Shown here: positions 17,154-25,359 of the stretch, in pieces
How positions within the stretch are numbered: position 1 is the first letter of the stretch
Layout of the letters: each line of letters begins with the position of its first letter
DNA from: Propionibacterium ruminifibrarum
Lineage (GTDB): Bacteria; Actinomycetota; Actinomycetes; Propionibacteriales; Propionibacteriaceae
Direction of reading: 5' to 3'
Length of the DNA stretch: 32,000 nt
NCBI RefSeq assembly: GCF_900289195.1
Contig: NZ_OMOH01000014.1
Location: 1 to 32,000, forward strand
The notes under the pieces: generated by a model
The model's input: only the letters and a program-made list of their open reading frames with translations
Told to the model about the DNA's origin: nothing
The model's database searches: none
Position numbers and translations under genes: made by a program

Positions 17154-17183
17154 TTGACCCCGGCAATTGGTAGGACCTATTGT
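17154..17183 (+). promoter_or_regulatory. Candidate lldP-lutABC promoter (-35 TTGACC, -10 TATTGT) with an embedded FadR-type operator AATTGGTAGGACCTATT
   Basis: TTGACC at 17154-17159, an 18-nt spacer, then TATTGT at 17178-17183. The near-palindrome at 17165-17181 (AATTGGT/ACCTATT, 6 of 7 arm positions) matches the TNGTNNNACNA type of LldR/FadR-subfamily sites at 10 of 11 positions. Confidence 0.45.
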
Positions 17184-17257
17184 CGTTCCAGAATGGTGCG
17201 CGTCTCAGTGGAGAGACTCATCATTCATCGTCCAAGAACATCGAACGGGGGACTCTC

Positions 17258-18946
17258 GTGGTACTGCTCGAAGCGTTCACTCCCAGCACCAACCCACTCG
17301 GTCACCAGTGGGCCTCGGCCCTCGTGGCCCTCATTCCGATCGCCTGCATGCTCATCACGCTCGGGGCGCTGCGCTGGAAGGCCTACTGGGCCGGTCTCGC
17401 GTCGTGGGGGCTTGCTCTCATCATCGCCGTCACCGCCTACCACATGCCCGTCGGCATGGCGGTCGCCTCCAGCGCCGAGGGCTTCCTCTACGGCCTCTTC
17501 CCGATCGGCTGGATCCTGCTGGCCGCCATCTGGATGTACCAGGTCACCGTCATCTCGGGCCGCTTCGACGACCTGCGGCGCACCTTCTTCCTCATCTCCG
17601 ACGACCCGCGCGTCCTGGGCATCCTCATCGCCTTCTGCTTCGGCGGTCTGCTCGAGGCCCTCGCCGGCTTCGGCGCCCCCGTCGCCATCGCCGCGGCCAT
17701 GCTCATCGCCGTCGGCTTCGGCAAGCTGCGCGCCGCCGTCACCGCCCTGGTCGCCAACACCGTCCCCGTCGCCTTCGGCGCCGTGGGCCTGCCCGTTCTG
17801 ATGGCCGCCCGCACCGGCGGTCTCGAGGTCTCCCAGGTCGCCCCGGTCACCGCGCGCATCTGCGCCATCCTCTGTCTGGTCGTCCCCTTCCTCATGCTCG
17901 GGATCATGGACGGCAAGCAGGGCATCAAGCAGTGCTGGCCCTTCGGCCTCTTCGTCGGCGTCATCTTCGGCGCCGTCAAGTGGGTCATCGCCGGCACCGG
18001 CCTGTACAACCTCACCGAGATCTTCGCCGCCGTCATCTCCGTCGGCCTGGCCATGATCTTCCTGCGCTTCTGGAAGCCCAAGGGCGGCGCCGAGGCCGCC
18101 GAGCGCATCGGCATCCCCATGGACCCGGCACTCGAGACCGAGCCCGTCACCAAGAGCGAGGAGAGCGGCGCCAAGCTCACCACGGGTCGCATCCTCATGG
18201 CCCTCGTCCCCTACATCCTCGTCATCGTGATCTTCGGCATCGCCGCCCTCCCCTCGGTCAAGGCCCTGCTCGCCAAGGCCGACGTGAAGATGGCCTGGCC
18301 CGGCCTGGGTGACCTGCTGAGCACCACCGGCGCCGCCAACGCCCACCAGACCTACACGTGGCAGTGGCTGAGCACGCCCGGCTTCCTGCTCATGATCGTC
18401 GCCATCCTGGTCGGCATCATCTACAAGGTCTCGGCCAAGGACCTGTTCGGCGAGCTGCTCGTCAACCTCAAGAAGATGAAGTTCTCGCTCATCACCATCG
18501 GCCTCGTCGTCGCCCTCGCCTACGTCATGGGCGACTCCGGCCAGACGCTGGCCCTGGGCCTGTTCATCGCCGGCGCCGGCGCCGTCTACCCGTTCCTCGC
18601 CCCGATCCTCGGCTGGATCGGCACCTACGTGACCGGCTCCGACACCTCGGCGAACATCCTGTTCTCCGGCCTGCAGTCGGGCATCGGTGAGCAGGTCGGC
18701 GCCGCGCACGCCCTCGGTCTGGACGGCATGCGCTCCCTGCTCGTCGGCTCCGGTGCCGCCGGTGGTGTCGTCGGCAAGATGATCTCGCCCCAGTCCCTGA
18801 CCGTTGCCGCCACCGCCATCGGCCTCGCCGGCGGCGAGTCCACGATTCTGCGCAAGGTGTTCAAGTACTCGATCATCCTCATCGTGTTCATGTGCATCAT
18901 CGCCGGTCTGATGTCGACCCCGATCCTCAGCTGGCTGCTTCCCTGA
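17258..18946 (+). CDS. lldP: L-lactate permease (LctP family)
   Basis: GTG at 17258 follows a GGGGG SD. ...GLFPIGWILLAAIWMYQVTVISGRFDDLRRTF... is typical of LctP. About 563 aa. Confidence 0.9.
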   Translation: MVLLEAFTPSTNPLGHQWASALVALIPIACMLITLGALRWKAYWAGLASWGLALIIAVTAYHMPVGMAVASSAEGFLYGLFPIGWILLAAIWMYQVTVISGRFDDLRRTFFLISDDPRVLGILIAFCFGGLLEALAGFGAPVAIAAAMLIAVGFGKLRAAVTALVANTVPVAFGAVGLPVLMAARTGGLEVSQVAPVTARICAILCLVVPFLMLGIMDGKQGIKQCWPFGLFVGVIFGAVKWVIAGTGLYNLTEIFAAVISVGLAMIFLRFWKPKGGAEAAERIGIPMDPALETEPVTKSEESGAKLTTGRILMALVPYILVIVIFGIAALPSVKALLAKADVKMAWPGLGDLLSTTGAANAHQTYTWQWLSTPGFLLMIVAILVGIIYKVSAKDLFGELLVNLKKMKFSLITIGLVVALAYVMGDSGQTLALGLFIAGAGAVYPFLAPILGWIGTYVTGSDTSANILFSGLQSGIGEQVGAAHALGLDGMRSLLVGSGAAGGVVGKMISPQSLTVAATAIGLAGGESTILRKVFKYSIILIVFMCIIAGLMSTPILSWLLP

Positions 18947-18988
18947 AGCTGATTCCTCTCGCCCATCAATGTCAACGGAGGTTCTTCC

Positions 18989-19783
18989 ATGACCACCACC
19001 ACCTCGCCCGGCACCCGGGCCGGTACGTCGGGTCTTCCCGGCGCCGGTCTGGACGTCGCGGTGTTCATCACGTGTATCAATGACGTTCTGTTCCCGCAGA
19101 CCGGCATCGCCATGACCAAGCTGCTGGAGCGTCTGGGCTGCAGGGTCCACTTCCCCAAGGAGCAGACCTGCTGTGCGCAGCTCACCACGAACACCGGCTA
19201 CTTCAAGGAGTCGATGGGCATGGTGGAGTCGTATGTGAAGGCCTACAGCGACTACGACTACGTCGTCGCGCCATCGGGCTCCTGCATCGCCGCCGTGCGC
19301 GACCAGCACCCCATGCTGGCCGAGCACGCCGGTGACAAGGGCCTGATGCGCGACGTCGAGCACACCAGCAAGATCTCGCTGGACATCAGCGAGTTCCTGG
19401 TCGACGTCCTGGGCGTCACCGACGTGGGCGCCTACTTCCCGCACCTGGTTACCATCCACCCGAGCTGCCACGGCATGCGCCTGCTGAAGCTGGGCGACCG
19501 CCCCTTCAAGCTGCTCGAGAACGTCAAGGGCATGACGACGGTCGACCTGCCCGCCGCGGAGCAGTGCTGCGGCTTCGGCGGCACCTTCTCCGTCAAGAAC
19601 CCTGACATGAGTTCCACGATGACGGCCGACAAGGCCCGTCACATCCGTGAGACCGGCGCCGAGTACGTCGTCGGCTGGGACAACTCCTGCCTGCTCAGCA
19701 TCGGTGGTGTCCTCTCCCGCCAGAACGCCGGCGTGAAGGCCATCCACATGGTGGAGATCCTGGCCAACACCGAGGAGGACTGA
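18989..19783 (+). CDS. lutA: Lactate utilisation protein A ((Fe-S)-binding, CCG-domain oxidoreductase)
   Basis: VFITCINDVLFPQTGIAMTKLLERLGCRVHFPKEQTCCAQ and a second CCG motif (EQCCGFGGTF). Confidence 0.9.
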   Translation: MTTTTSPGTRAGTSGLPGAGLDVAVFITCINDVLFPQTGIAMTKLLERLGCRVHFPKEQTCCAQLTTNTGYFKESMGMVESYVKAYSDYDYVVAPSGSCIAAVRDQHPMLAEHAGDKGLMRDVEHTSKISLDISEFLVDVLGVTDVGAYFPHLVTIHPSCHGMRLLKLGDRPFKLLENVKGMTTVDLPAAEQCCGFGGTFSVKNPDMSSTMTADKARHIRETGAEYVVGWDNSCLLSIGGVLSRQNAGVKAIHMVEILANTEED

Positions 19784-19788
19784 CTGCC

Positions 19789-21321
19789 ATGACCACTGAA
19801 CTGCGTCGCATCACCGAGGGCAACTACGGCGTCGCCCGCCTGACGCCCGCGCCCGAGCACGGCGGCACCTTCCTGGGACAGCCGAAGTTCCCCAAGGCCG
19901 TCAAGAACGAGCTCAAGCTCGTCGTCCAGCGCAAGAACATGCGCAACGCCACGACGACGATCCGCAACAAGCGCGCCCTGCGCGTGACCGAGACCCCCAA
20001 CTGGGAGGACATCCGTCAGGCCGCCTACGAGGTCAAGAACCGCGTCGGCCGTCACCTCGACTACTACCTGGAGCAGGCCGAGAAGTCCCTCACCGCCAAC
20101 GGCGTCCACGTGCACTGGGCCCGCGACGCCGAGGAGGCCAACCGCATCGTCGGTGAGATCGCCAAGGCCAAGGGCGTCCAGGAGGTCGTGAAGATCAAGT
20201 CGATCACCACGCAGGAGACCGACCTGAACGAGCACCTCGAGGAGCAGGGCATCGCCGCCTGGGAGACCGACCTCGCCGAACTCATCGTCCAGCTCGGCCA
20301 CGACCGTCCCAGCCACATCGTGGTTCCCGGCATCCACCGCAACCGCGCCGAGGTCCGTGAGATCTTCCTGCGCGAGATGAAGAACTACGGCCGCCCGTGC
20401 CCCGAGGACATCACGTCCAACCCGCCCGAACTGGCCAACGCCGCCCGCCTGCACCTGCGCGAGAAGTTCCTGCGCGCCAAGGTCGCCGTCTCCGGCGCCA
20501 ACTTCATCCTCGCCGACACCGGGTCGCTGGTGATCGTCGAGTCCGAGGGCAACGGCCGCATGTGCCTGACCCTGCCCGACACGCTCATCTCGCTCGTCGG
20601 CATCGAGAAGGTCCTGCCGAGCTATGACGACCTCGAGATCTTCCTCAAGCTGCTGCCGCGCTCGGCCACCGGTGAGCGCATGAACCCGTACAACTCCGTG
20701 TGGAGCGGCGTCACCCCGAACGACGGCCCGCAGGAGCAGCACGTGGTCTTCATGGACAACGGCCGCACGAACGTGCTCGCCGATCCGGTCGGCCGCGAGG
20801 TGCTGCGCTGCATCCGCTGCGCGTCCTGCATCAACGTCTGCCCGGTCTACGAGCGGGCCGGCGGCCACGCCTACGGTTCGGTCTACCCGGGCCCGATCGG
20901 CATCACGCTGACCCCGCAGCTGCGCGGCATCGATGACCCGGTCGACCGCGGCATGCCCTATGCCTGCACCCTGTGCGCGGCCTGCGTCGAGGTCTGCCCG
21001 GTCAAGATCCCGTTCACCGACATCATCGTCCACCTGCGCAACCGCGTCGCCGACGCCGAGCGCAAGGAGTTCTCGACCGATGTCGAGGTTGCCGCCGAGA
21101 AGGCCCTCATGAAGGCCGCGGCCTGGGTGCTCGGCGACTACAAGCACTGGGAGACGACGATGTACGCCACCCGCGCCGCCGGCCGCGTGGTGGGCAAGCA
21201 CAAGATCGGCCCGCTGCCCGTGCCGGTCGCCAACCGGTGGCTCGACTACCGCAACGTCGATCACATTCCCAGCCAGACGTTCCGCGACTGGTGGAAGGCC
21301 AACCGCGGAGAGGAGAAGTGA
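19789..21321 (+). CDS. lutB: Lactate utilisation protein B (LutB/LldF iron-sulfur protein)
   Basis: 510 aa with two ferredoxin-type Cys clusters (CIRCASCINVCP, CTLCAACVEVCP) and an LUD domain. Confidence 0.9.
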   Translation: MTTELRRITEGNYGVARLTPAPEHGGTFLGQPKFPKAVKNELKLVVQRKNMRNATTTIRNKRALRVTETPNWEDIRQAAYEVKNRVGRHLDYYLEQAEKSLTANGVHVHWARDAEEANRIVGEIAKAKGVQEVVKIKSITTQETDLNEHLEEQGIAAWETDLAELIVQLGHDRPSHIVVPGIHRNRAEVREIFLREMKNYGRPCPEDITSNPPELANAARLHLREKFLRAKVAVSGANFILADTGSLVIVESEGNGRMCLTLPDTLISLVGIEKVLPSYDDLEIFLKLLPRSATGERMNPYNSVWSGVTPNDGPQEQHVVFMDNGRTNVLADPVGREVLRCIRCASCINVCPVYERAGGHAYGSVYPGPIGITLTPQLRGIDDPVDRGMPYACTLCAACVEVCPVKIPFTDIIVHLRNRVADAERKEFSTDVEVAAEKALMKAAAWVLGDYKHWETTMYATRAAGRVVGKHKIGPLPVPVANRWLDYRNVDHIPSQTFRDWWKANRGEEK

Positions 21322-21323
21322 CC

Positions 21324-21980
21324 ATGGACGCCAAGCAGGAGATTCTCGCTCGCATCCGCCGGGCCACGGTGGACGTCACCGAGAAGGACCCGGTCAAGGA
21401 CCAGCCCGTCAACTGGACCTACGGCCTGGGCATCGAGATGGATGACGTCGTGGGCACCTTCGAGCAGAAGGTCATCGACTACTCCGCCACCGTCGTGCGG
21501 TCGAAGCCGGCCGGCGTGCCGGAGGCCGTCGTCGCCGGGCTGAAGGCCACCGGCGCCACGGACTCGGTCGTCGTCCCCGCCGGGCTGGAGAAGTCCTGGC
21601 AGGACGCCATGACCGCCGCCGGTTTCGAGGTCCGTGTCGACGAGCCGCAGCTCTCCCACGAGACCCTCGACCAGACCGACGCCGTCGTCACGGCAGCCGC
21701 CTCCGGCATCGCCGACACCGGCACCATCGTGCTCGACCACACCGAGGACCAGGGCCGCCGCGCCCTGTCCCTGGTACCCGACCGGCACGTCTGCGTGGTC
21801 AAGGCCTCGCAGGTGGTCTCCGACGTCCCCGAGTCGGTGCAGAACCTGCGCCCCTCGGTCGAGGCCGGCCACCCGCTGACCTTCATCTCCGGCGGCTCGG
21901 CCACGAGCGACATCGAGCTGTCCCGCGTGGACGGCGTGCACGGTCCCCGCACCCTCTACGTGGTGCTCGTCGAGGACTGA
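21324..21980 (+). CDS. lutC: Lactate utilisation protein C (LUD domain)
   Basis: ATG at 21324 (MDAKQEILARIRRA...) follows a GGAGAGGAGAAG SD and lies 3 nt after the lutB stop. The longer ORF-track form (20973) overlaps lutB and is rejected. Confidence 0.85.
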   Translation: MDAKQEILARIRRATVDVTEKDPVKDQPVNWTYGLGIEMDDVVGTFEQKVIDYSATVVRSKPAGVPEAVVAGLKATGATDSVVVPAGLEKSWQDAMTAAGFEVRVDEPQLSHETLDQTDAVVTAAASGIADTGTIVLDHTEDQGRRALSLVPDRHVCVVKASQVVSDVPESVQNLRPSVEAGHPLTFISGGSATSDIELSRVDGVHGPRTLYVVLVED

Positions 21981-22001
21981 GCCTTCCTCACACCAACCGA
22001 C

Positions 22002-22046
22002 CGCGGCGGGGCCGACACACCCACTGGGCGTGCCGGCCCCGCCGCG
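22002..22046 (+). terminator. Hairpin terminator after lutC
   Basis: Perfect 13-bp GC-rich stem, CGCGGCGGGGCCG (22002-22014) / CGGCCCCGCCGCG (22034-22046), followed by TTGT. Confidence 0.7.
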
Positions 22047-22157
22047 TTGTCGGACATGCGCGTCCGCGCCGCCTTGGTTAGGGTTGAATGACGCCCGTCC
22101 GGGAACGGCACGGTCCGGTGCCACCGCCCCGATCAATCACGCAAGGAGCCCCCGTCC

Positions 22158-22508
22158 ATGGCCGAGACACGCAAGCACAACCCCCGCACCAGCAGCATCG
22201 GCGAGCGGGTGAGGGAGGCCATCGGCGGGGTGCCGCGCGTGAACCCTCCGGACCACGACGAGAGCCCCGCCGCCGGCGACGACCCCTTCGTGACCGCTCC
22301 GGAACCCGAACTCGACGAGGCCCCGATCATCGGTGCCGCCGCCGACCCGATGGGCGGGTACACGCTGCGTGCCGGTGACCAGCCGGGACTCATCACGCTC
22401 GGCGCCGACCAGCTGGGCCGGCTGGCCAGGGTCATCCGCACCGAGGACGCCCCCGGTGACGGGGACGAGGACGACGAGTTCTGGGACGACGAGGACATCG
22501 AACCCTGA
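22158..22508 (+). CDS. Hypothetical acidic 116-aa protein
   Basis: AAGGAG SD upstream of the ATG and strong GC3 bias throughout. Acidic C-terminus (DAPGDGDEDDEFWDDEDIEP). I recognise no family. Confidence 0.55.
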   Translation: MAETRKHNPRTSSIGERVREAIGGVPRVNPPDHDESPAAGDDPFVTAPEPELDEAPIIGAAADPMGGYTLRAGDQPGLITLGADQLGRLARVIRTEDAPGDGDEDDEFWDDEDIEP

Positions 22509-22540
22509 CCGGCGCGCCTGGCGCGTGACGGCCGAGGGGC

Positions 22541-23926
22541 TCAGCCCCGCCTGCGCAACGCGTCGACGTCCAAGACCTCCGCCTGGCCGGCGTCGATGCC
22601 CTCGGCGGCCTCCTCCCACGGATCGTGGACGGGGCCCTCGTCCCCCTCCAGGTCATCGACGAATCCCAGGGAGGGGTCGTAGGGGTTGATCAGCCGGTGA
22701 TCGCCGCCGTCGACCGTCACGAGCACGTCCCTGCTCATCGCCTCGTCCGGCAGCGTGTTCAGCACATCGCGGACGTAGCCCTTGGTCGCCTTGACCAGGG
22801 GCGCCTCGCGGTCCTCCCGCTGGGACATGTACCAGCGGTAGTCGAGGACCTCGTGGTAGATCTGGGCGGGGTCGCGTTTGCCGCTCAGCTCGGGCGGAAT
22901 CGCGCTGATGACCGGTTCGAAGCATTCGGTGAGCCACTGGTGGGCCACGACGGACTCGTCGGCGTCCTGCAACTGCATCCGCGCCCGGAAGGTGTCCAGG
23001 TCGTTGAGCAGCCGCCTGGCCTGGTTCTCCTCCGTGTCGAGCCCGGTCAGGCGCATGAGGCGCCGGGAGTGGTGTCCCGCGTCGACGACCTTCGGCTGGA
23101 TCGAGATCGTCCGGCCGTCGGGGCTGGTCTGGATGTCGAGCTCGGCGACGTCGAAGCCCAGGGCGTTGAGGCGGCGCACGCGGGACTCGATGCGGTACAG
23201 CTCCGAGTCGGAGAACTCCTCGAGACCGGTCAACTCGTCCCACAACTCGTGGTACCGCGACTCGATCGTCTCGACGAGGCTGAGCGGGTCGAGCGACTCG
23301 TCCAGCAGGCCGCCGGCCTCGAGATCGCAGAAGTCGCCGAAGATGTTGACGCGCGCGATCTCGAGGTCGTGGGAGCGCTGACCGTCGGTGAGCTGGTCGT
23401 GCAGCTCACCGGTCTCCGCGTCGACGAGGTAGGCGGCGAAGGTGTCCGCGTCGCGGCGGAAGAGGATGTTCGACAGGGAGACGTCCCCCCACATGAAGCC
23501 CAGCAGGTGGAGGCGGGCCAGCAGGACGACCATGGCGTCGAGCAGGCGCATGACGGTGTCGTGGCGCACGCCGGGGCTGAACAGTGAGCGGTAGGGCAAC
23601 GCGAAGTCCAGGTGTCTCGTGATGAGAACGGGGTCGAGCGGGACGCCGTCGGCGTCGACGCGTCCGCTGACCACGGCGACGGGTTCCACCGAGGGGGTGC
23701 CGAGACGCCTCAGATCGTGTAGCAGACGGTACTCGTGGATGGCCACGTGCTCGACGACCTCCTTGGCGCCGTAGACCTGGTCACCCACCTTGATGAACCG
23801 CACGACGTGGCGTGAGATGCCGCGCGGAAGCGCGACGAGATGCTCAACCGGCCATTCAGCCAGCGGTGTGCCCCAGGGCAGGGGAATGAGCCGGGCATCC
23901 GGCTTCGCTGACAGAAATCGTGGCAC
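22541..23926 (-). CDS. DUF4032-type protein with an N-terminal Kdo/RIO-like kinase fold (uncharacterised actinobacterial family)
   Basis: ...PLPWGTPLAEWPVEHLVALPRGISRHVVRFIKVGDQVYGAKEV...HEYRLLHDL... and ...WGDVSLSNILFRRD...AYLVDAETGE... match my recollection of DUF4032/LPS-kinase-like proteins. Start set at GTG 23926, because the ORF-track ATG (23984-23986) lies inside the stem of the upstream gene's terminator hairpin. Confidence 0.75.
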   Translation of the reverse strand: MPRFLSAKPDARLIPLPWGTPLAEWPVEHLVALPRGISRHVVRFIKVGDQVYGAKEVVEHVAIHEYRLLHDLRRLGTPSVEPVAVVSGRVDADGVPLDPVLITRHLDFALPYRSLFSPGVRHDTVMRLLDAMVVLLARLHLLGFMWGDVSLSNILFRRDADTFAAYLVDAETGELHDQLTDGQRSHDLEIARVNIFGDFCDLEAGGLLDESLDPLSLVETIESRYHELWDELTGLEEFSDSELYRIESRVRRLNALGFDVAELDIQTSPDGRTISIQPKVVDAGHHSRRLMRLTGLDTEENQARRLLNDLDTFRARMQLQDADESVVAHQWLTECFEPVISAIPPELSGKRDPAQIYHEVLDYRWYMSQREDREAPLVKATKGYVRDVLNTLPDEAMSRDVLVTVDGGDHRLINPYDPSLGFVDDLEGDEGPVHDPWEEAAEGIDAGQAEVLDVDALRRRG

Positions 23927-23945
23927 GGGACCAGTGTGCCACCCG

Positions 23946-23984
23946 GCGGCGTCCAGCGGGGCGTTTCGCCCCGCTGGACGCCGC
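23946..23984 (-). terminator. Strong hairpin terminator downstream of the metB-like gene
   Basis: A perfect ~17-bp stem pairs 23946-23962 with 23968-23984 around a GTTTC loop. It begins 25 nt after the stop at 24009. There is no U-tract, which is common in actinobacteria. Confidence 0.7.
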
Positions 23985-24008
23985 ATCAGCGCAGGGTCAT
24001 GGCCCCGG

Positions 24009-25196
24009 TCAGGCCTGCGCGGCCCGTGCCGCGCGCTCGAGGGCGGCGGTCAGGTCGGCCGTGAGATCACCGATGGGCTCGATGCCGACCGACAGCCTCA
24101 GCAGGGAGTCGCTGATACCCGCCGCCGCCCTCGCCTCGGGCGTCATGCCCACATGGGTCATGGTCGCCGGGTGGGCCAGCAGTGACTCGGTGCCGCCGAG
24201 GGACTCCGCCAGGTCGATGGCGACCAGGCCCTCGGCGAAGGCCTTGACCGCCTCGAAGCCGCCGTCCAGCTCGAAGCTGAGCAGCGAGCCGAAACCGTTC
24301 TGCTGGCGGGCGGCCAGCTCATGGCCCGGATGATCGGGCAGGCCCGGGTAGTTGACGACCGGCACCATGTCGCTGGCCTGCAGCAGCTCGACGACGGCGG
24401 CCGTGTTCTCCTGGTGGACGCGCAGGCGCGCGTCGATCGTCCTCAGCCCGCGCAGGGTCAGCCACGAATCCCAGGAGCCGCCGGTCAGCCCGAGGGTGCC
24501 GGCCCAGTGCTGCACCTGCTCACCGAGCTCGGTGGTCGAGGAGACGACCACGCCGCCGACCACGTCGGAATGGCCGTTGATGAACTTCGTCGTGGAGTGC
24601 AGCACGACGTCGGCCCCCAGGTCGATGGGGTTCGACAGCAGCGGCGAGCAGAAGGTGTTGTCGGCCACGAGGAGCGCGCCGTGGGCGTGGGCGAGTTCGG
24701 CGGTGGCGGCGATGTCGGTGATGCGCAGGAGCGGGTTCGAGGGCGTCTCGACCAGGACCAGCTCGGCCGGGGCGGCCAGGGCGGCCTGGACCTGGCCGGG
24801 ATCGGCCATGTCGATGAAGTCGATCTCGATCCGTTCGCGGGAGGCCAGGTGGTCGAGCAGCCGCCACGTGCCGCCGTAGCAGTCGGCGGGGGCGACGACG
24901 CGTCCCCGCGGCCCGACGAGCGCCTCAATGGTGGTGGTGATCGCGCCCAGACCCGAGGCGGTGACGGTGGCGTCGACGCCGTGCTCCAGGTCGGCGAGCG
25001 CGCGGGCCAGCAGGGAGCGGGTCGGGTTGGTCGTGCGGGCGTAGTCGAAGGGCGGTTTCCCCTGGCCGAGGCAGGGGAAACGGTAGTTGGTGCTCGGGTA
25101 CAGGACGGGGGTCACCGAACCGTATTGGGTGTCCGTGTCGAAGCCGGCGCGCACGGCGCGGGCGAGGGGGGACAGTGCGGGCTCTTCCTGGCTCAT
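24009..25196 (-). CDS. Cys/Met-metabolism PLP-dependent enzyme (cystathionine gamma-synthase/beta-lyase or O-acylhomoserine sulfhydrylase class)
   Basis: ATG at 25196 (MSQEEPALSPL...) with an AGGAGG SD. YARTTNPTR, SGLGAI and STTKFINGHSDVVGG (PLP-binding Lys) motifs are present. Confidence 0.9.
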   Translation of the reverse strand: MSQEEPALSPLARAVRAGFDTDTQYGSVTPVLYPSTNYRFPCLGQGKPPFDYARTTNPTRSLLARALADLEHGVDATVTASGLGAITTTIEALVGPRGRVVAPADCYGGTWRLLDHLASRERIEIDFIDMADPGQVQAALAAPAELVLVETPSNPLLRITDIAATAELAHAHGALLVADNTFCSPLLSNPIDLGADVVLHSTTKFINGHSDVVGGVVVSSTTELGEQVQHWAGTLGLTGGSWDSWLTLRGLRTIDARLRVHQENTAAVVELLQASDMVPVVNYPGLPDHPGHELAARQQNGFGSLLSFELDGGFEAVKAFAEGLVAIDLAESLGGTESLLAHPATMTHVGMTPEARAAAGISDSLLRLSVGIEPIGDLTADLTAALERAARAAQA

Positions 25197-25291
25197 GGGT
25201 GCCTCCTGGTCGTGCATGGGCGCTGCCGACGCCCTGATCCGACGATAGCCGCCCGGCCCCCGCCGCGCCGACGGGTTCACCAGGAGGACAG

Positions 25292-25332
25292 CATGAGGGG
25301 CGGGCCCGGACCAAGCGGGCCCGCCCCTCATG
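25292..25332 (-). terminator. Hairpin terminator downstream of the msiK-like gene
   Basis: Perfect 17-bp stem, CATGAGGGGCGGGCCCG (25292-25308) / CGGGCCCGCCCCTCATG (25316-25332), with a 7-nt loop. It lies 28 nt after the stop at 25360. Confidence 0.75.
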
Positions 25333-25359
25333 CGGCCGGGCGAGTTGTTGTGTCGGGGA

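Noticed and set aside
20973-21323. Long form of LutC overlapping lutB
   Set aside because: The upstream part is out of frame inside lutB and Arg/Pro-rich. ATG 21324 with a strong SD gives the typical ~218-aa LutC.
22509-22547. Bidirectional terminator between the acidic ORF and the DUF4032 gene
   Set aside because: Only a 5-bp GGGGC/GCCCC stem with a 3-nt loop overlapping the stop codon, plus a sterically impossible CGCGCC-T-GGCGCG palindrome. This is too weak to call.
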